Virus record (IMG/VR): IMGVR_UViG_3300005546_000008
Span: 1-46,085 of that record
Origin: a virus
Strand: one strand, 5' to 3'
Length of the DNA: 46,085 nt
Shown here: piece after piece, positions 41,125 through 46,085 of the stretch
Position numbering within the stretch: position 1 is the first letter of the stretch
How the letters are laid out: each line of letters starts with the position of its first letter
Translations under genes and position numbers: made by a program
The notes under the pieces: generated by a model
Database searches by the model: none
What the model saw: the letters and a program-made list of their open reading frames with translations, nothing else
Told to the model about the DNA's origin: nothing

Positions 41125-41891
41125 GCTACCCCACTATAAGCTGTATCATCTCCACCTATAACCGAGCTAACTTCCTCCGCCGCGCCCTTGCAAGCGTTCT
41201 CGCTCAAGATATCAAAGAGGAGATTGAATGTGTGGTTGTGGATGATGCATCTACAGATTCAACCTTCGATGTGGTGAAGAGTTTCGATAAGGCGTTCACC
41301 CTCAAGGGAATACCCCTCCTATTTTACAAGTTGGGCGAGAATAGCGGCTATCAGTGCAAGCCTAAGAATGTGGGGGTGCAGCATTGCAATGGGGAGTTTA
41401 TCGCCTATCTTGATGATGACAACGTATGGAAGCCTAACCACCTCCGCGAACTCTTCACCGCCATCATAGAGAAAGAAGTGGATATGGTGTATGGGATGAG
41501 GGAGTATAAGGCTATGGAGGGGTATGATCCTATCCACCTGGGAAAGAAGCTCTCCCTCGGTCCCTCTCCCATATTCCCCTTTGAGGTGGAGCGGCTTGAG
41601 CAAGGTAACTTCATCGACACCAGCGATATCATGCACACGAAGGGCGCCTATTACCTCCTCGCTTCCAAAACTGAGTGTGGCTGGGATGAGGAGATGCGCC
41701 GCTTCGCAGACTGGAACTTCGTCTATCGCTGGGCTAAGGTGGGATTAAGCGCCGCACCCGTCTATAGGATACTTACCGAGTATTGGTGGCATGGACAAAA
41801 CTTGCAGCTTACTCGCCCCGTTATGGAGCAGCCCCTTGCTGTAGGGAGGTTTGACCTTGAAAATAGCGGTCTACACACTAACGCGGGATAG
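41121..41891 (+). CDS. Family 2 glycosyltransferase (GT-A fold)
   Basis: ISCIISTYNRANFLRRALASVLAQ, ECVVVDDASTDST and FIAYLDDDNVW (DxD) are the canonical GT2 N-terminal motifs. Confidence 0.8.
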   Translation: MSYPTISCIISTYNRANFLRRALASVLAQDIKEEIECVVVDDASTDSTFDVVKSFDKAFTLKGIPLLFYKLGENSGYQCKPKNVGVQHCNGEFIAYLDDDNVWKPNHLRELFTAIIEKEVDMVYGMREYKAMEGYDPIHLGKKLSLGPSPIFPFEVERLEQGNFIDTSDIMHTKGAYYLLASKTECGWDEEMRRFADWNFVYRWAKVGLSAAPVYRILTEYWWHGQNLQLTRPVMEQPLAVGRFDLENSGLHTNAG

Positions 41892-42534
41892 GCTGCACGA
41901 TACTCAGCGAACCTTCGCACTCCTTAAAGAGATGGCGGGGATGGAATATGACCACTACGTTATGGATAACGGAAGTGTGGACGGAACTAACAAGTGGCTC
42001 GCAGGGCAGGGGCTCCACTACCTCAACCTCTCCCTTGACAATAAAGGCCAGTGTATAAGCTCCAACATGCTCATTGATGCTATCCTAAACAGTGGCATCA
42101 GCTATGACTACATTGTTAGGTTGGATAACGACATTACCCCCAAGACTGACAACTTCTTGGCCCGCTCCATCGAAGCGCAGCAGGAACTCGGAAAAGGGTG
42201 TGTATTGTCACCTGATATCATCGGTCTCAATCATAAGCCTAAGTCCTTTGGGAACCACGCTACTGTCCACTTTAAGTATGATTTCGTGGAAGCTCTAGGT
42301 GGTGCGTGTAGAGTCACTCTTCCCAGCGTGTGGGATAGTTTTCGTTTCTCCATCCACGGCCCCCTAGCCTTGGGGGAAGCTCAACAGATTAGTGTGTATT
42401 GCCACGCCGAAAACCTCCCCATGGTATACGTTAAGGATATCGTAATCGAGCACATCACCGACAACCACTTCCGCGACAACCCCGAATACTTCAGGCGCCG
42501 CAGGATGGAGGAGTTTGTTCCTTATGGACTCTAA
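41857..42534 (+). CDS. GT-A-type glycosyltransferase-like protein
   Basis: TTG at 41857 lies 7 nt after GGGAGG (MKIAVYTLTRDRL). The protein has HYVMDNGSVDGT and YIVRLDNDI (DxD-like). It overlaps the upstream GT2 gene by 35 nt. Confidence 0.55.
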   Translation: MKIAVYTLTRDRLHDTQRTFALLKEMAGMEYDHYVMDNGSVDGTNKWLAGQGLHYLNLSLDNKGQCISSNMLIDAILNSGISYDYIVRLDNDITPKTDNFLARSIEAQQELGKGCVLSPDIIGLNHKPKSFGNHATVHFKYDFVEALGGACRVTLPSVWDSFRFSIHGPLALGEAQQISVYCHAENLPMVYVKDIVIEHITDNHFRDNPEYFRRRRMEEFVPYGL

Positions 42535-43090
42535 GCCCAAGGTAATAATGGACTTCGACGACCTCTGCGACACTTACGATCCCTTCAATATGCTATGCAC
42601 CCTGAAAGAAAACGACCCCGAGTTTAAGGTTACACTCTTCACCATCCCCAAGCGCTGCAGCAAAACTCTCCTCAAGAAGTATGCTAAAGAGAAGGATTGG
42701 ATTGAGCTTGCTATGCACGGATGGTGGCACACATACGGGGAGACGCTAAGCTGGACAAAGGAGGAGGCACTAGACAAGATGCGTATCTCCTTCGATATGG
42801 GCATCGACGGCAAAGGATTCAAAGCCGCCAAGTGGGTCATCGACCCTGTGGTGTACGAAGCCGCTAAGGAGCTAGGTTGGTATGTGGCTGACCATAAAAC
42901 TAATCGTTACCGTATTCCTACTGAGGGTGAGAGGATATATATCAGTGATCTTAGGTTAAGGGATGGTAAGGAGCGCCGCCTCCACGGCCACACCCGTAAC
43001 GTCTGCGACAATGGCATTGAGGAGGCTTTCCCCCTCTTCATGCTCCCAAGGGGGAAGTTTGAATACCGCTTCATATCAGAAGTGTGTTAA
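42524..43090 (+). CDS. Polysaccharide deacetylase-like protein (DUF2334/NodB-like)
   Basis: VIMDFDDL...FKVTLFTIP...ELAMHGWWH fits the DD...TLF-x-IP...E-hydrophobic-x-x-HG-x-x-H layout of DUF2334-type predicted deacetylases. The track's longest ORF starts at TTG 42515. Confidence 0.4.
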   Translation: MDSKPKVIMDFDDLCDTYDPFNMLCTLKENDPEFKVTLFTIPKRCSKTLLKKYAKEKDWIELAMHGWWHTYGETLSWTKEEALDKMRISFDMGIDGKGFKAAKWVIDPVVYEAAKELGWYVADHKTNRYRIPTEGERIYISDLRLRDGKERRLHGHTRNVCDNGIEEAFPLFMLPRGKFEYRFISEVC

Positions 43091-43688
43091 GGATGATACT
43101 TACTACACCAAAGTTCAAGCCGAGCACAACGACGTAAGCGGCTTCTGGGTGAACCGCGCTCTCTACGCAGCTAAGAACTTCCTTGAGGTGGTGGGAGCTA
43201 ACCTGTTTGATGATGACACCGTTGCGGACTTTGGCTCGCGCACAGGGTATGTTGCAGACATGCTCAAGCGTATAACCTCCCTCAACCCTATCTGTGTGGA
43301 TATTAGCGCCGAACATATCAAGGTGTGTGAGAGTAAAGGTTTCCCCGCCTTCGCGGGTAGGATTGAGAATATGAGCTTTTTGCGGGATGGTGAGGTGGAT
43401 TGGGGATTTTGTTCGCACACGCTGGAGCATGTTAAGGATTACGACGCAGCGGTGAAGGAGCTTAATAGGGTGGTGAAGCGTGGGTTGTTTATCGTCATCC
43501 CAATGGAGCACGAAGATGCGGGGGATGCTAACCCCTCCCACATGCGCTTCTCTACCAACATCCACGACTACATCACCCCCTTCGAGGCGCTGGGGTGGAA
43601 GATGGGGTGGGAGTGTCCGCCTATCCCTAACGCTGAAGATTACGACCCCGAGAGCAGAAGCGACTACCAAGTTTGGTTGTACCGATGA
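43059..43688 (+). CDS. Class I SAM-dependent methyltransferase. Start uncertain.
   Basis: VADFGSRTGYVADML is motif I. VDWGFCSHTLEHVKDYDAAVKELNRVVKRGLFIV matches the Methyltransf_11-type motifs. There is no ATG or GTG between 43011 and 43150. The TTG at 43059 follows AAGGGGGA. The track ORF starts at 42963. Confidence 0.7.
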   Translation: MNTASYQKCVKDDTYYTKVQAEHNDVSGFWVNRALYAAKNFLEVVGANLFDDDTVADFGSRTGYVADMLKRITSLNPICVDISAEHIKVCESKGFPAFAGRIENMSFLRDGEVDWGFCSHTLEHVKDYDAAVKELNRVVKRGLFIVIPMEHEDAGDANPSHMRFSTNIHDYITPFEALGWKMGWECPPIPNAEDYDPESRSDYQVWLYR

Positions 43689-44824
43689 AAATACTCCAGC
43701 TTACTCACCAGAATATCCCCATCAACTACTACCGCCACTGGCAGTTTGCTAAGCACCTCAACGACATGGGCCACACTATCCTCACCCGCCCACACTCGTC
43801 ACTGTCCCCTTTTGGCTACAAGGACACCATCAACTACAAAGGTGTGAAGCGGGATTATTGTTTGGACTATGACTTCCTCGACGCTATTGCTCCAGGATGT
43901 GATGCGATATGGAGCACAATCTGTTATGAGCCTCACCGCCTCGCCACCCTCATGGCCGCACGTGAAGCTTATGGCATTCCCATCATCATCGACACTGATG
44001 ATTTGGTTACTGATATCCCCAAGTACAACGTCGCCCAGCAGAAGCTCACCTCCAAGAGTGACCGCATCAAGATTGCTCTAGCCGGATTCAGGCACGCAGA
44101 CGCCCTAACCACAACCTGTGCCTTTCTAGCTGAGGCGCTTAAGAAATATAACTCTAACGTGTTTATCACCGAGAATAACATCGAGCCCTCAACCTGGACA
44201 ATGGAGCGTAAGCCCACCCCCGCTAATGAAGTTAGAATCCTATGGGCAGGCTCAACCGCCCGCTATGGCGACATTCAGATGATCCGCCGCCCCCTCGAAA
44301 GCATCATCAAGCGCTACAAAGGAAGCAGCATCTGCGTTAAGCTAATCTTCATCGCCACTGTTCCTGACTTCGCTGTGGAGTGGATTGATGCAGGAGACGC
44401 ATTTGTGTTGCAGTGGGCGGACATGATTGATTACCAAGCTGTGACGCGCTACATCGCGCCCGACATTGGCTTAAGTCCCCTTGTTCCCAGCGACTTCAAC
44501 CGCTCTAAGAGTCCCCTCAAATACTTCGACTACACCATGATGGGGGCAGCGGGGGTATATAGCGATGAGTGTACCTACTCTTGCGTGGAGGATGGAGTCA
44601 CCGGCATCAAGCTAAAGGGCGACGCTGGGTGGGAAAGCGCCCTCATCAAACTCATCGAAAACCCCATCCTCCGCAAAGACATAATCCACGCCTCCTCTAA
44701 AGATGTGCTCGCCAATTACTCCATCCTGAAGAACGCTCCCCGCATCGCCTCCACACTGGAAGAAGCCGTCCATGTCGGAAGTTCTCATTGCGCCTCAGTC
44801 CGTTACCGGGCCAACGCCAGCTAG
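43685..44824 (+). CDS. GT-B-fold glycosyltransferase (GT1/GT4-like)
   Basis: The ATG at 43685 forms an ATGA overlap with the methyltransferase stop (MKILQLTHQNIP...). ILWAGSTARYGD opens the C-terminal Rossmann half. SPLKYFDYTMMGAAGVYSD...VEDGVTG fits the nucleotide-sugar-binding region. Confidence 0.6.
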   Translation: MKILQLTHQNIPINYYRHWQFAKHLNDMGHTILTRPHSSLSPFGYKDTINYKGVKRDYCLDYDFLDAIAPGCDAIWSTICYEPHRLATLMAAREAYGIPIIIDTDDLVTDIPKYNVAQQKLTSKSDRIKIALAGFRHADALTTTCAFLAEALKKYNSNVFITENNIEPSTWTMERKPTPANEVRILWAGSTARYGDIQMIRRPLESIIKRYKGSSICVKLIFIATVPDFAVEWIDAGDAFVLQWADMIDYQAVTRYIAPDIGLSPLVPSDFNRSKSPLKYFDYTMMGAAGVYSDECTYSCVEDGVTGIKLKGDAGWESALIKLIENPILRKDIIHASSKDVLANYSILKNAPRIASTLEEAVHVGSSHCASVRYRANAS

Positions 44825-45488
44825 ATTTGCAGACCTTAAAGATCAAGTAGCCCTCATCCTTGGCCGCCAACTAGACTCTCAGTCTCTCTATCGCTGCGGG
44901 CAGTTTATCAACCGCGTGATTAAGGAGCTTAATACCCGCCCGTGGAAAGCTCTTCTCACCGTGGGCTCCAACATCACCACCTCCACTGGTACCCGCACCT
45001 ACTCCCTAGACTCCCTCTTCTTCAAAGAGAGTAAGGTGCAGCGGCTTGATGACTCCTCCAAGCCCGCCTTCACCCTGCAATACCTAGACTGGGAACAGTA
45101 TCAAGCCCGCTACGACAGGCAGACTGATAGCGGCGCACCTTACATGTATACGCTCCGCAATGTAGATCAAGATGGGGTTATCGACTTCTACCCCGTCCCT
45201 GACCAAGCTTACACCATCACCGTCCAGTATTACGCCCGCATCCCCCAGCTTGTTAACAATGACGACACCCTCCTCATCCCTATTGAGTTTGAAAACTACA
45301 TTATCCTGAAGGCACAGTTTTACCTTCTTGATCTCTTCCACCACGAACGCTCAGCGGAGAAGTTTAAGTACTGCGAAAATGAAATGGCGAAGCTCATTAG
45401 GGTGGACGAAATCCACCCCGACGATACCCCCCGCTTCCGCCTCCCTATGCCAAAATCTACGTTCGGCACTATCTACATAAAGGTTTAA
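44772..45488 (+). CDS. Tail tubular protein A / adaptor-like structural protein (T7 gp11-like)
   Basis: It lies between the capsid block and the tailspike and nozzle genes. FINRVIKELNTRPWKALLTV...TYSL resembles the gp11 segment ILNKINRQIQSRGWTFN...ITLLP. 238 aa. Confidence 0.45.
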   Translation: MSEVLIAPQSVTGPTPARFADLKDQVALILGRQLDSQSLYRCGQFINRVIKELNTRPWKALLTVGSNITTSTGTRTYSLDSLFFKESKVQRLDDSSKPAFTLQYLDWEQYQARYDRQTDSGAPYMYTLRNVDQDGVIDFYPVPDQAYTITVQYYARIPQLVNNDDTLLIPIEFENYIILKAQFYLLDLFHHERSAEKFKYCENEMAKLIRVDEIHPDDTPRFRLPMPKSTFGTIYIKV

Positions 45489-45489
45489 G

Positions 45490-46085
45490 ATGGCGCAGCT
45501 TGGTAGACTTTATAAGTACATGCTCCGCAGCAACGGCAATGCTGTTAGCGGAGTATCGCTTACAGTGTATCGTGAGGGGGCGACAGTCAATGGGGCGCAG
45601 AGTGGAATCTCCCCTCTTAACGTAACTGTGCGGCATGTGGGGAAGATCCAAACAGGAGACTTTGTATTCACTGGCACCACTCCCTCCACCACCTTCTCCG
45701 CCACCGTAACTTCCACCACCTTAATCACCCTAAGCGGCTTCAGCGGAACCCTATCCCTTGCAGATGGAGACCGCCTCACCCCTACAGGTTCCAAGCCCAC
45801 CCTCTATGCTGACGATCAAGGTGGCACCTCCACCACCAACCCTCTCACCTCATCCTCAACAGGATTGTGTCAGTGTTGGGTTGAGTTTGGGGGTTACGAC
45901 CTCTTGCAGAGTGGTGGCGGCCTAAGCACCCTCATGCACACCAGCCAAGTAGTAGGGAGTGAAGCTCCGGGGCAGATTAGGTTTGCGGATGATTTTGCGG
46001 CGCTCTCAGTCTCGGGGGGAATCCAAGAAGCTATAGATGATCTCCCCTCTGCTGGAGGTAAGGTTCTTTGCTCAGCGGGGCGAAC
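45490..46085 (+). CDS. Tailspike / tail fibre, 5' part. It continues across the circular junction into 81..1896 (46006..46085 duplicates 1..80).
   Basis: The ATG at 45490 is 2 nt after the upstream TAA. The frame stays open to the end of the window and is in phase with frame 1 at base 1. Ser/Thr-rich N-terminal domain (TGTTPSTTFSATVTSTTLITLSGFSGTLS). Confidence 0.8.
   Translation, partial: MAQLGRLYKYMLRSNGNAVSGVSLTVYREGATVNGAQSGISPLNVTVRHVGKIQTGDFVFTGTTPSTTFSATVTSTTLITLSGFSGTLSLADGDRLTPTGSKPTLYADDQGGTSTTNPLTSSSTGLCQCWVEFGGYDLLQSGGGLSTLMHTSQVVGSEAPGQIRFADDFAALSVSGGIQEAIDDLPSAGGKVLCSAGR
46006..46085. repeat. Terminal direct repeat copy B (identical to 1..80)
   Basis: Exact 80/80 match to the first 80 bases of the window. 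Confidence 0.95.

Noticed and set aside
43071-43670. Long antisense ORFs inside well-supported genes. Examples are 43071..43670(-), 38370..39056(-), 9359..9895(-), 27869..28429(-), 31136..31633(-), 31630..32079(-), 5213..5638(-) and 13144..13593(-).
   Set aside because: They lie fully within genes that have clear motifs on the other strand. Their Arg/Ser/Pro/Gly-rich low-complexity translations are typical of shadow frames. They also lack Shine-Dalgarno sequences and start-stop coupling.
1-46085. tRNA genes, CRISPR arrays, integrase or attachment sites, lysogeny repressor, single-subunit RNA polymerase
   Set aside because: No non-coding gap exceeds about 200 nt. I found no repeat-spacer structure and no ORF with recombinase, CI-like or RNA polymerase motifs. 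A scan by eye cannot fully exclude a tRNA hidden inside an overlap.

Overview
The window is a complete, circularly closed phage genome of about 46,005 bp. Bases 1-80 are repeated exactly at 46006-46085, and one tailspike gene reads through that junction. Coding density is very high, and many neighbouring genes share ATGA, GTGA or TTGA stop-start overlaps.

There are two transcription blocks. A rightward late block starts near 30.8 kb and wraps through the junction to about 17.96 kb. It carries a putative small terminase, a dTDP-6-deoxyhexose (RmlD/RmlC/RmlB-like) set, the large terminase, portal, scaffold and major capsid protein. A five-gene glycan-building cassette follows, then T7-like tail tubular A and B homologues, a beta-helix tailspike, tail fibre genes and a GNAT. 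After these come internal virion proteins, an M23 peptidase with a holin-like gene, a metallophosphoesterase, three large secreted-type proteins and a spanin-like overlapping pair. A leftward early block (30.7 kb down to 17.9 kb) carries many tiny Cys-rich proteins and a Sak4-like ATPase. It also encodes Dam-like and mini C5 DNA methyltransferases, a Cas4/RecB-like nuclease and a family A DNA polymerase. The polymerase is split into separate exonuclease and polymerase ORFs with the C5-methyltransferase-like gene between them. One helicase-type ATPase gene is inverted inside this block.

I saw no RNA polymerase, integrase, repressor, tRNA or CRISPR array. Sigma70-like promoters (TTGACA-17-TACATT) sit at the divergent junctions.

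The most interesting candidate system is a two-locus, late-expressed glycosylation system: nucleotide-sugar genes between the terminase subunits, and glycosyltransferases, a methyltransferase and a deacetylase-like gene between capsid and tail genes. This suggests virion or host-surface glycan modification. All functional calls rest on motifs read by eye. No database search was possible.
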